Assembly: GCA_018394315.1 (NCBI GenBank)
Contig: CP074575.1
Span: 1,954,615 to 2,018,614, forward strand
Length of the DNA stretch: 64,000 bases
Source of the DNA: Mycoplasmatota bacterium
GTDB taxonomy: Bacteria; Bacillota_I; Bacilli_A; MAG-NZ
Reading direction: 5' to 3'
In this document: piece by piece, positions 28,912 through 39,800 of the stretch
Numbering within the stretch: the first letter of the stretch is position 1
How the letters are laid out: each line of letters begins with the position of its first letter
Notes under the pieces: model-generated
The model's database searches: none
Told to the model about the DNA's origin: nothing
What the model saw: only the letters and a program-made list of their open reading frames with translations
Made by a program: the position numbers and the translations under genes

Positions 28912-29868
28912 TTACTTTGTCATCTCAAAGATTCTTATTAAATCAGTTTTACTTCTGTTTGAAAATTCTAATGCATCAGTTATATCCATATCTATGATTT
29001 CATCACCATCAATACCAACACACCTACCACCAATATTAGCATTTATTAATTCTACAGTGCGAACACCAAACCTCATACCTAACATTCTATCAGAAGCCGT
29101 AGGGGCTCCACCTCTTTGTACATGTCCTAAAATTGTAGCCCTTGTTTCAATTTTTGTTTTCTCTTCAATCTCTTTTGCTAGTAGAGTAACATCAACAATA
29201 TTTTCCGTTATTACAACGATGGAATACTTAATTCCTTCTTTATTTCTTTCGATTAATTCATTAAGAAAATCATCTTTATCAAAACCAGTTTCAGGAGTAA
29301 TTAAATGCTTAGCACCAACCGAAATAGCAGCATGAATTGAAAGATCACCACAATTTCTTCCCATCACTTCAACAATATTACATCTTTGATGCGATGCTGA
29401 AGTATCTCTTAATTTATCTATAGCTTCAACAATTGTATTAAGTGCTGTATCAAACCCTAATGTGAAATCAGTATAATTCAAGTCATTATCAATTGTCCCC
29501 GGTATCCCAATACACTTAACACCTAAATCATTAAGCTTTTTGGCACCCATAAATGACCCGTCTCCACCAATAACTACTAAATACTCAATACCATATTTTT
29601 TTAGAATCTTCACAGCTTCAATTCTAACTTCCTCATTTTTAAATTCAGGAAATCTAGCACTCCTTAAAAAAGTACCACCTCTATTAAGTTTCTCACTTAC
29701 AGTAAATCTATCAAATTTTTCAATATTTTCATCTATTAACCCTTTGTATCCATAATAAATTCCATAAACCTCGTGTCCTGATTCAATAGCTGCTCTTGTT
29801 ACGCTTCTAACTGCAGCGTTCATCCCTGGAGCATCTCCTCCGGAAGTTAATATTCCTATTTTTTTCAT
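28912..29868 (-). CDS. pfkA: 6-phosphofructokinase
   Basis: TSGGDAPGMN, GGDGS, PGTIDND, EVMGR, LGHVQRGG. Confidence 0.97.
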   Translation of the reverse strand: MKKIGILTSGGDAPGMNAAVRSVTRAAIESGHEVYGIYYGYKGLIDENIEKFDRFTVSEKLNRGGTFLRSARFPEFKNEEVRIEAVKILKKYGIEYLVVIGGDGSFMGAKKLNDLGVKCIGIPGTIDNDLNYTDFTLGFDTALNTIVEAIDKLRDTSASHQRCNIVEVMGRNCGDLSIHAAISVGAKHLITPETGFDKDDFLNELIERNKEGIKYSIVVITENIVDVTLLAKEIEEKTKIETRATILGHVQRGGAPTASDRMLGMRFGVRTVELINANIGGRCVGIDGDEIIDMDITDALEFSNRSKTDLIRIFEMTK

Positions 29869-32856
29869 TTAAACCTCTATTTCTCCTATTTTATCAATAT
29901 TCAAATTAGTTTTCCCATTATGTGTTTCCTGTACACCTCTAAACAATAAGCATTGATCCTTCATAATAATTTTATCATATTTTTCATAAACGCTTGGGAA
30001 GATAACGCTATCAACAATACCCGTTTCATCCTCTAAAGTTAAAAATGCCATTTTATTATTATTTTTAGTTCTAATCACACTTATTCTATTTATTTTTGCG
30101 ATAAATTTGATTTCTTTTGATACGCTAGCATCACTTATTCTATCAAGATTCTTTTCTTTAATTAATCCTAAATATTTATATATAAAATGATACTTTAGAT
30201 TATATCCTAATGTATTTTTCTCATAATCTATAAGCTCATTTAGTGAGTATTCATCATCACTTCCATAATCAAATGATAAGTCAGCGATTAACGTCCCGTA
30301 TTCACTATATTTAGTTGCATCATTAATTTTGCTTACCATTTGTTTTTTACTTAAATTAAATTCATCTAGAGCAGATGAGTAAATTAAGTTTTCAATAAGT
30401 TTTTCATTTAAGAAACTTCTAGTTCTATTTATGAAATCTAAATAATCCGTAAATTCCTTATTATTTCTTTCATCAACGATTTTTTTAATAGTATTAAAAC
30501 CTAGATTTCTAACACCAATTAATGGGACCCTTATCTTTCCATTTTCAATTAAATATTTTACCCCACTTTTATTTATACTTGGTGGTAAAATCTCTAAATC
30601 TTTTTCTTTACACTCTCTTAAATATCTAGTAGTAAGGGAATCACTACCAGTTACACTACTTAATAGCACTGTCATGTAGTAAAGTGGATAATGTACTTTA
30701 AGCCATGCACATTGATAGGCAATCATAGCATAAGCTACTGAATGACTTCGGTTAAATCCATAATTAGCAAACTTAACAATATAATCGTAAATATGATTAG
30801 CATCACTCTCTAAATGTCCCATCTCTTTACATTTACGTACAAATCTTACTCTTTCATCATTTAGTGTTTTAAACTCTTTTTTACTTACAGCTCTTCTAAG
30901 CAGATCAGCTTCAGCTAAAGTGTACCCAGCAAACTCATTAGCGATTTTTATTATTTGCTCTTGATAAACAATTATGCCATATGTACTCTTTAAAAACGGT
31001 TCTAAGTCCTTATGAATATAGTTGATTCTCTTTCTACCAGTTTTACGAGCAACATATTCAGGGATATTTTCCATTGGTCCTGGTCTGTGTAAAGCTATAG
31101 CCGCTATTACATCTTCAAACTCTGTAACATTTAGCTTTGTTAATAAACTTCTCATCCCTGCTGACTCTAATTGAAATACTCCAAATGTATCTGCTCTACC
31201 AATTAAATCAAATACTAACTTGTCATCAAAATCTAATTCATATAAGTTGATATCTTTATTTAAATATCTTTTTATCAAATCAACAGTTTTATCTAAAATA
31301 GTTAAATTTCTCAAACCTAAAAAATCCATTTTAAGTAACCCTAATTTTTCTAAATCTTTTGCCTCAAACTGTGTTTGATTTAAGTCAAACATTCCCTTTT
31401 GAATAGGTGAATATTCTAAAATATTTTTTCCACTTATTATTACACCAGCAGCATGTGTAGAAGTATGTCTAGGTAAGCCTTCTATTTTCGAAGCATAATC
31501 TAGTAACATTTCAATTTCATCAAATCCTTTTCTTAACCTACATAAATCCTCTTCTTCCATTAGTTTCTTCAGGTTACTAGCGTTTATAGGAATATGCTTT
31601 AAAACTTCATCTAAAGTATTAGAATTAATATCTAAAATTTTCGCAACATCTCTTATCGCACTTCTACCTGCAAAAGTTCCAAATGTAACGATTAAAGAAA
31701 CGTTATTTACTGAGTATTTGTTTTTTACATACTGAATCATTTCATCACGTTTATTGTCTGGAAAGTCTAGGTCTATATCAGGCATGCTAAGTCTTTCAGG
31801 ATTTAAAAATCTCTCAAATAACAGATCATATTTGATTGGGTCGGTATTAGTTATACCTAAAACATAGGATACTAAACTTCCCGCTGCACTACCTCTTCCT
31901 GGACCAACAAATATCTTATTCTTTTTAGCATAAGTAACCAAATCCCATACAATTAAAAAATAATCATTAAAACCCATTTGATTAATCATTTTAAGTTCAT
32001 CAAGTAATCTTTGTTTATAAACATTGATATCAACGTCTAATCTCTTTAAACGTTTCTCTAAACCTTTTTTACATAAAGCAAATAAATAGTCTTTACTTGT
32101 ATAACCATTTAATGGATATTTTGGTAATTGATAAGCTCCGTATTCTATTTCTACATTACATTTATCAGCTAATAATTCACTTTTTTTATACGCAGCTTCA
32201 TATTCACTAAATAATAATTTTTCCTCATTCATGCCCTTTAGATAATTAACTCCAAGTGATACATCCTCAAATTCGTACTTAGTACTTAAATCAATACACC
32301 TAAGAGCTTTATAATATAAGTAATCAGACTTATCGATATATTTTACTGGAGATAATGTAATACAATCTACATTATTTACTCTACCTAATTCTAGAATCTT
32401 TGGAGCATAATTTACTTCTAAATCTAAATCATCTACTTGAATACCTAAATAAAAATCAAAATTCTTATATTTTGAAATATCCTCTAATATATAATCACCT
32501 AAGCTTACAATTATTATCCCTTCGCTAAAATCAGTAAATTTAGATAGATCTATTCCACCTTTTAACTCTATGAAAGAACTAATTTTACAAAGATTTAAAT
32601 ATCCAATATTGTTTTTAGCATATAGTAAAAATGGTGTATCTGAGATTCTAGCTTTTAAACCGATAATCGGCTTAATTCCAACCTCTTTACACTTTAAGTA
32701 AAATTTAAAAGCACCATAAAGATTATTATCAGTAATAGCTAATGATTCATATCCTAATTCTTTTGCTTTTACTATTACTTCATCTATTCTTACAGTACTA
32801 TTTAAAAGTGAGTAACATGTAGTTAAATATAGATTTGTTGTCATTTCGTACCTCAA
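29869..32856 (-). CDS. dnaE: DNA polymerase III alpha subunit DnaE
   Basis: GPGRGSAAGS, FERFLNPER..MPDIDLD, HAAG, KMDFLGL, YGFNRSH, C-terminal OB fold; dnaE-pfkA-pyk synteny. Confidence 0.96.
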   Translation of the reverse strand: MRYEMTTNLYLTTCYSLLNSTVRIDEVIVKAKELGYESLAITDNNLYGAFKFYLKCKEVGIKPIIGLKARISDTPFLLYAKNNIGYLNLCKISSFIELKGGIDLSKFTDFSEGIIIVSLGDYILEDISKYKNFDFYLGIQVDDLDLEVNYAPKILELGRVNNVDCITLSPVKYIDKSDYLYYKALRCIDLSTKYEFEDVSLGVNYLKGMNEEKLLFSEYEAAYKKSELLADKCNVEIEYGAYQLPKYPLNGYTSKDYLFALCKKGLEKRLKRLDVDINVYKQRLLDELKMINQMGFNDYFLIVWDLVTYAKKNKIFVGPGRGSAAGSLVSYVLGITNTDPIKYDLLFERFLNPERLSMPDIDLDFPDNKRDEMIQYVKNKYSVNNVSLIVTFGTFAGRSAIRDVAKILDINSNTLDEVLKHIPINASNLKKLMEEEDLCRLRKGFDEIEMLLDYASKIEGLPRHTSTHAAGVIISGKNILEYSPIQKGMFDLNQTQFEAKDLEKLGLLKMDFLGLRNLTILDKTVDLIKRYLNKDINLYELDFDDKLVFDLIGRADTFGVFQLESAGMRSLLTKLNVTEFEDVIAAIALHRPGPMENIPEYVARKTGRKRINYIHKDLEPFLKSTYGIIVYQEQIIKIANEFAGYTLAEADLLRRAVSKKEFKTLNDERVRFVRKCKEMGHLESDANHIYDYIVKFANYGFNRSHSVAYAMIAYQCAWLKVHYPLYYMTVLLSSVTGSDSLTTRYLRECKEKDLEILPPSINKSGVKYLIENGKIRVPLIGVRNLGFNTIKKIVDERNNKEFTDYLDFINRTRSFLNEKLIENLIYSSALDEFNLSKKQMVSKINDATKYSEYGTLIADLSFDYGSDDEYSLNELIDYEKNTLGYNLKYHFIYKYLGLIKEKNLDRISDASVSKEIKFIAKINRISVIRTKNNNKMAFLTLEDETGIVDSVIFPSVYEKYDKIIMKDQCLLFRGVQETHNGKTNLNIDKIGEIEV

Positions 32857-32895
32857 ATAAAAATGGATATCTTCTATCCATAATTATAACATAAA

Positions 32896-34557
32896 TCATT
32901 TCTTCCTTTTATACCAATAAATAATTGCTGGGATTAAACAGACTCCCACAAGCAAATAACGATAATCAAAATCCTTATCAATAGTCTCAGGTATAAAATA
33001 TTCTTTTTCTTCACTGAAATTATAAAACTTACTCTCCTGAACAACACTTTTTCTAACTTCAAAATCTAGTACTTTTTTAGCGTTATTGGCTCCAGTTACA
33101 ATTAATTCATATTCTCCTGTTTCAGTTAATTGAAACCCAGTTTCAATTAACTCACCATTTAAGTAACCAATTCCGTTAAAGAAAAGATTAACTGAGTCAT
33201 AATAGAGAGTTTTATTTATGTTTGTGTAAAACTCTACTTTATCAATTAATAAATCAGAATAATAGTTATACTTTGAAACTTCAGCATAACTACACTTTTT
33301 ATATTCACCAAATATGTCACTTCTATATGGATCACCAATATACAACTCATCTAATTCAATTAAGTTATTATTAAGATATAACTCGTTATTAGAACCACTT
33401 ATAAAGTTTACACTTTCAACTACACCTTTATTTACACTAGTGCTATCAGTATAAATAACCTTAATTCCATCACTTTCAATTACATCAATTATTACTCCAT
33501 TTGCAGTAAACTCGACTTCATCGATACTTAATTTTGGTATATACTTCTCTTTCTTAATAGTTCCGCCATAGATAATATTTCCCAAACTAGTTTCACTAAC
33601 TCCAGTTACTATATTTAAATCTGTATTAATTCCATTAAACTCGCCATCATAAATTCCAACTATCCCTTTACTGTTACTAAACTCCTGTTTTTCATGTTTA
33701 CCTACACTTCCACTCACATAGATATCACTCTTAATTTTATCAATATTTGAGTAGATACTAATACTACTAGATCTATCTGTATAAGTTCTTTCTAATTCAA
33801 AATCGTCATTAAGTTCCATAATTAAACCTCTTTGTCCAGTAACACCAAAATCAGTTGTTGTGGTCGATCCAACTAGGATAATAGATTTATCAACCAAAAT
33901 ATCATGGATGATATCATCACCAGTATACGAATAAGACTTAAACATAATAATATTTCCTAAATCATCTACTTTGAAAATAAATGCGTCATCCGATATTCCT
34001 GTATCAATATATCCTGAGAAAATATAACCTTCTTTATAATCTACAGAACTTATAGTGAAATCTAATTTTTCTTCATGACTATTTAACCATTTAAGTTCTC
34101 CATTTAAATCAAGAGCCAAAAATAATCCCGACTTAAAATTACTTGATGTGTTTCCAAGTAAATCATGGTCGACCGAAAAAGACTCACCAGCAACAACAAT
34201 CTCTTCACCACAATATACACTATTAAAAATATCACTATTACTTCCACCAAATATTCTAAACCACTCAATCTCATCATCTTTGTACTTAACTATAATTCCA
34301 TCTAATCCACCATAATAATCTCCAAGTCTTACAGCACCACCAACCGCAATAAAGCCGTCATCTAAAACACAAACATCCCTGAAAATAATATTCTTACCAT
34401 ATTCAGCTAGCTCTACTTTCTCGCTTAATATTAACTCAAAGGCATCTTCAACTATATAGTCACCATCAATTTCATCAACCATTGATTCATCAATAATATC
34501 TGCTGACACAATAATTATTAATTTAATAAATAAAAAAAGACAAATAAATTTCTTCAT
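32896..34557 (-). CDS. Secreted or surface protein with beta-propeller-like repeats and a C-terminal membrane anchor
   Basis: Signal peptide; W...FGGS..D and Y..TGDD repeats; C-terminal hydrophobic stretch followed by KRKK. Confidence 0.55.
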   Translation of the reverse strand: MKKFICLFLFIKLIIIVSADIIDESMVDEIDGDYIVEDAFELILSEKVELAEYGKNIIFRDVCVLDDGFIAVGGAVRLGDYYGGLDGIIVKYKDDEIEWFRIFGGSNSDIFNSVYCGEEIVVAGESFSVDHDLLGNTSSNFKSGLFLALDLNGELKWLNSHEEKLDFTISSVDYKEGYIFSGYIDTGISDDAFIFKVDDLGNIIMFKSYSYTGDDIIHDILVDKSIILVGSTTTTDFGVTGQRGLIMELNDDFELERTYTDRSSSISIYSNIDKIKSDIYVSGSVGKHEKQEFSNSKGIVGIYDGEFNGINTDLNIVTGVSETSLGNIIYGGTIKKEKYIPKLSIDEVEFTANGVIIDVIESDGIKVIYTDSTSVNKGVVESVNFISGSNNELYLNNNLIELDELYIGDPYRSDIFGEYKKCSYAEVSKYNYYSDLLIDKVEFYTNINKTLYYDSVNLFFNGIGYLNGELIETGFQLTETGEYELIVTGANNAKKVLDFEVRKSVVQESKFYNFSEEKEYFIPETIDKDFDYRYLLVGVCLIPAIIYWYKRKK

Positions 34558-34601
34558 TCAATCACCTATAGAAATATTTGTCATATTTTAATTTTTTACT
34601 C

Positions 34602-35399
34602 TTATGCAACATAAACTAATGATTCTTTTTCAATATCGCCGTATAGAAAATCGTAAATTTCCTCAAATATTAGTGACTTATAATTAGAGGATAAAATCCT
34701 ATGTCCTACTCCACTAAGCAAAACTAATCTCTTATCATTAGAATGAATTTTTTTAAAAATGAAGACACTTGATTGTAAAGGTACTAATTCATCAAACTCT
34801 GCATGATAAATTCTAACAGGAATATCTAAATCAATTTTTTTCTTTAATCTAGAAACAAGTCTAGTAAAATTTATAAAAGGTCCTACCGTTACTTTTGAAA
34901 TTCTATCCACGAAATTAACATATGATGATCCTTTATCCTTATACTCATTATTAATAAAGTTTTGTACTTTATTAACTCTACCCTCATGATCAGCTTTAAG
35001 TAATTCACCTAGTTTAGGAAAATCTTCATTACTGACCATATGAATCAAATCCTTTAATACTTGTGAACCTTGACCGTATTTAAAAGCAGGAGAGATTAAA
35101 ACTAGTTTGTCAGCTCCAAACTTACTAGCTAAATATGAAGCTATTACTCCCCCCATAGAAAAGCCAATTATAAATACTTTCTTGTAATTTTCTTTATACT
35201 CAATAAATTCTTTTTCAACTTGTTCAATACACTTACGGTAATTAAAATGATTAATATTTTCACCCAAACCATGGCCTTGCAAATTAGTTAAATAATAGTC
35301 ATAAATACCATTATTTTTTAAAAACTCAGCAAAATATCTAAACGTAGTTTGACCATCCTCCATAAATCCATGAACGCAAAACAATCCGACTTCCTTCAT
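34602..35399 (-). CDS. Alpha/beta hydrolase (carboxylesterase-like)
   Basis: VHGF, GFSMGG nucleophile elbow, DELVP, H. Start placed at MKEVG with an AGGAG RBS. Confidence 0.85.
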   Translation of the reverse strand: MKEVGLFCVHGFMEDGQTTFRYFAEFLKNNGIYDYYLTNLQGHGLGENINHFNYRKCIEQVEKEFIEYKENYKKVFIIGFSMGGVIASYLASKFGADKLVLISPAFKYGQGSQVLKDLIHMVSNEDFPKLGELLKADHEGRVNKVQNFINNEYKDKGSSYVNFVDRISKVTVGPFINFTRLVSRLKKKIDLDIPVRIYHAEFDELVPLQSSVFIFKKIHSNDKRLVLLSGVGHRILSSNYKSLIFEEIYDFLYGDIEKESLVYVA

Positions 35400-35430
35400 A
35401 CGACCACTCCTATTACCATTATATAACAAA

Positions 35431-35459
35431 AACAGACTATTTGTTAATAATAGTCTGTT
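35431..35459 (-). terminator. Terminator after the amidase gene
   Basis: AACAGACTATT...AATAGTCTGTT inverted repeat followed by TTTG on the minus strand. Confidence 0.65.
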
Positions 35460-35464
35460 CATTA

Positions 35465-36694
35465 TTATAAAATTTGGTCATATATAGTTTGAACTAAATC
35501 TTTGAATCTATCAAATCCATATCTATCAAATATATCATGTGGACAATACTTACCACTTGCATCGTAGTGAGTGATGATATTTTCAATAGGAATATTATAT
35601 TCAAGCATCATTCTGGCTGTTAAAACGGCCGCATTATATGTTGCTTGATCTTTTGTTTCGTCATCATGAGTTAAAGATTTAGCTATCTCAATTCCAATAG
35701 AGTTTCTGTTGTAAGAATTAACTCCATCCCCATCTCCTGCGTGCCATGCATTATAGTTTGTATCCATACCTTGCCATACTTCATTTTCATCAACAGCAAA
35801 ATGAAATGATGTAAATGATGTATTGTTAGTATTATGTAAATAATTAATCTCATTATATGCACTAGCCGTATTACCAGTATTATGAATCACAATATATGTA
35901 GGTGTCATCTCATATCCTACTTTTTTATGAGATAAATCTAGTAAGTTTTTATTTATTACTAAATCTAAATTGATTTCTTCTGTATTTTCTTCTATAACTT
36001 CTACAGTTCTTTTTATGCTATTTTTATTCCCGCTTTCATCAGTAGCAGTGTATATAATCTCATAACTACCACTTACACCATCATCAACTATACCTTCTAC
36101 TTCTATTTGACAAGTACTATAGTCACTACAAACAGCACCATCATCAATATATTCTGTTCCTAAATCTATTGAAACAATTGCTTCACCAATAAGTTCAATG
36201 ATTGGATTAACAGTATCAGTCACTTTTACAGTTCTAATTACTTCATCCGAATTACCACTAGAATCATAAACAGTGTATTTAACTGTGTATTCTCCAATAT
36301 TTTGAATATCAACGTTAGAATCAACTCTAACTTCTAAATTTTCATCATAATTATCGCTTGTATCTACACCTGGATCTAAAAACTCTTCACCTAATTCTAA
36401 GTCTATTTCAGTACTTCCCTTTAAATCAATATCAGGATCACTTGAATCAACTACTTCAACAACTATTAAGTTATTCTGTCCATTAGATTCATACTCGATT
36501 AAGTATTTCCCAACCACATTTACATTTACATATGATCCTACAAGTCCATCTAATCCAAAGTCCTTAATAAACTCCTCCCAGTCAGGCTCAGGACTTCCTA
36601 CGTCTATCTTTGTGTCTTGTTCAACCACCAAAGGTTCGATAGTAATAGTGCATCCAGACAAAAATAAAATAAAAAGCAACAGTAACTTCTTCAT
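35465..36694 (-). CDS. Lipoprotein N-acetylmuramoyl-L-alanine amidase (Amidase_2) with Ig-like (DUF5011-type) repeats
   Basis: Lipobox LSGC; repeats P.I.L.G...D.G....D...Y.V.Y...D.SGN....RTV.V; IVIHNT, SFHFAVD, AWHAGDG, SIGIEI, H...SGKYCP. Confidence 0.88.
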   Translation of the reverse strand: MKKLLLLFILFLSGCTITIEPLVVEQDTKIDVGSPEPDWEEFIKDFGLDGLVGSYVNVNVVGKYLIEYESNGQNNLIVVEVVDSSDPDIDLKGSTEIDLELGEEFLDPGVDTSDNYDENLEVRVDSNVDIQNIGEYTVKYTVYDSSGNSDEVIRTVKVTDTVNPIIELIGEAIVSIDLGTEYIDDGAVCSDYSTCQIEVEGIVDDGVSGSYEIIYTATDESGNKNSIKRTVEVIEENTEEINLDLVINKNLLDLSHKKVGYEMTPTYIVIHNTGNTASAYNEINYLHNTNNTSFTSFHFAVDENEVWQGMDTNYNAWHAGDGDGVNSYNRNSIGIEIAKSLTHDDETKDQATYNAAVLTARMMLEYNIPIENIITHYDASGKYCPHDIFDRYGFDRFKDLVQTIYDQIL

Positions 36695-36779
36695 TGTATA
36701 CCCCCATATACACACACTCATATTAATTAAATTCTATCACGATTCGACACACAAATTGGCTGGTTATATATGTAAAAAA

Positions 36780-36804
36780 AAGAGACATCCTGTAGATGTC
36801 TCTT
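36780..36804 (-). terminator. Terminator of the helicase gene
   Basis: AAGAGACATC-CTGTA-GATGTCTCTT plus a U tract. Confidence 0.8.
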
Positions 36805-36821
36805 AAAACTTTTAATTAAAC

Positions 36822-39800
36822 TTACATACTAATCATCTTCTTAATTTTGTTAATTTCACTAGCTTTATCATCCCACCAATTTTTAAGCCATATATCATAA
36901 ACTGAGATATCTCTTGTTCTTAGATATTCACCTTTAAAATAATTATCCCTAATTATATTACCATTATATGAGTCGTTTATTATTATTCCAGCTTGAGCTT
37001 GGGTCTCTTTGTCTCTTACCAAAAGATCAATTGTGCCATCAATTACGAAATCAAGATTTATAACACTTAAATTATATTTACTACAAGTCTTTTTAAAGTC
37101 CTTATAGAAATCACTGTTAGGTGTCTTAGATTTAACTATTTCTCTATCCAAGTTGGCGAGTATCCTCTTTTGTTCCAGCTTATCACTCTTACTTACTGAC
37201 ACTGCATATTTTAAGTATTCGATTAATAATTTTGGTCCTACTGAATCAAGATCACCTACACTGAAGTTATATGGATCAAATGACAAGAATACATAGACTT
37301 TATACTTAGCTCTCGTGATAGCTACATTTAATCTATTTTCTCCATTTAGTTGATTTAACCAACCAAACTGTCTAATCATCTTACCATCAATATTTTTACC
37401 ATATCCAATTGATATAATTATTATATCTCTTTCATCACCTTGAACATTTTCAATATTCTTAACAAATATGTATTCACTTTGCTCAGTATTTCCTCGGTAA
37501 AATTCTTGTTCATATAGAATCCTAAATTCTTGATTATTTCTTGTGAAATCTTCGATTAATTCTTCAATTAGATCTCGCTGAGGGCTATTGAATGTAATGA
37601 TACCAACTGTAGTACTTCTTTCCTTTTTCTTCAATACTTCATAAAGTTTCATCACAACAGCTTTCGCTTCTTCTATATTATGTTTATTCTCCCAGATACC
37701 ATTTTCTACACTTAATACCTCGATTGGTGGATTATTAATGTCATAATATTTATATGGTGGAACAATTAATTTACCATGATAAAATGCATAGTTTGAAAAG
37801 TTTATAATTTCCTGATAATTAGCTCGGTAATGATAATTCAAATATGTTCTTTCATACTTCATATTCGCAATATCTAATAAACTATCCTGGTCTTGAATTT
37901 GCATATCATCTAGTAAGTAGTCATCTGGGTCTTTTAATCCCTCAACCCTACCAAAACCTAAACTAGATGGTTTTAACTGATGACTGTCTCCAGATACAAC
38001 AGTCTTCTTTGACCTATATAAAGCAGGAATCGATTTTTCAACGTACATCTGTGAAGCCTCATCAAAAATACATAATGAGAATAGGTCTTTGTATAAAGGT
38101 AAAATTGAGCTTACAACTTCTGGTGTTACTATCCATAGTTTAATCGAATTAAATAATTCATAGCTATACTTTCTTACAAACTTACCCACGCTAGGTTTTC
38201 TTTTCGCTTTCAATATTTTCATCATCTTCGAATATTGTTTATAGTTAACTAATCTTGATATATTTATTTTTAAAATTTTTTCTAAAATATTCATATTGTT
38301 GATTTCTATTTTACTAAATCCATTTCTTATAAAATCTATACTTTTATTATATTTTTCAATTGTTTTAAGAGTTTTAGAGTTCTCCTTACTAAACTTATTT
38401 ATTAAAATATTAGCTATGATAGTAATAGTTTCTTTATAATTAAGTTCTAAATCTAATTCATTATTATTTAAATAATGCCAAACTCTTTTTTCTCTTGTAC
38501 TTAATTCATCATACACTTTTTTAGCTTTTATAGTTTTTGTATAAGATTCAACAATATAGTCATTTAGAATAGACAATTGGTTTAATTTTCTGATTAATTT
38601 ATTTATCTTGAAATAACCCCTAAAATATTTTCGCAGTCTAAAACTTAGCTTAATAGAATTAATATTATTTGTTAAAAACTTTTTAAGTTTTGGTAAGTCT
38701 TCTAAATCGTTTTTCTCCGAAATATAATCAGAAACAATCTGGTTAAAGTAGTGTATATCTTCATATAACAAGTCATCTTTTACATATTTGAATGTCGAAT
38801 ACTCTTTTGTATGCTCTTGATAATGTCTGATTAATTTCTTAGTTTCTTCACTCATTATTCTTTTTAATGATTCACTTATTAAAGCAAATTTTGTTCTCTT
38901 AAAATACTTATTATATAGTCTCTTTACTTTAAAATACTTTGTTCTAGCAACTTTCTCACTTAAATCATATTTAGGATATTTTTTTAATAAATCATTATAA
39001 GTTACTCCATTTAAACATTTAGCATTTATTTTTTCTTCTAACAACTTAATCTTATTAAGATTATCTTTCATGCTGAGTTCTATTGATTTAGTATTATTCA
39101 CATGACTTTCATCACTAGTTTTAAGTGTAAAGATGTCATGTAATTGTTCATAAAAGGCTAATTTATTACTAGAAGTATCGATAATCATAGAGTAATTCCT
39201 AACTTTTCCTAAACGTGAATAAATTACATCAATAGCTGCTTTTTTTTCTGCTATCATTAAACAATTTCCATTATTTAATATCTCATTAGATATAATCGAT
39301 ACAATTGCCTGACTCTTCCCTGTACCGGGTGGCCCTTCAATTACTACTGAATCGACTTTATTTAATTTGTCAATTACATTTCTTTGAGAATAGTCTAGGT
39401 TCCTAATTTGATTAATATTAAGCTCCTTATTAACTTCATTACCTAATTTATTAGGAGCTCGTCTATCAAACAGTAAATCATATAAATTACTATTTAGTTT
39501 ATTTTCCATTTTAATATAATTAATATCTCTTTGTATTAAATTGGAAAAGTTAGAAAACTTTCCTAATATCATATATTTTTTTAGTTTGAACCCTGTTTTA
39601 AACTTATCAACATTTACTTCTCCTAAACTTTGATGATTTGTATCTTTAAGTTGACTAAACTCTAATCCATAAGTTTTATAAATGTTAGCTAAGTATGCGA
39701 TATATTCAGTGTAAGTGATGTTATTAATATCTACTTCTACATCTTGAATCTCTTGATGTTGTTTTGTGTTAAGTTTCATATTAGCTAAAATCAAAGATTC

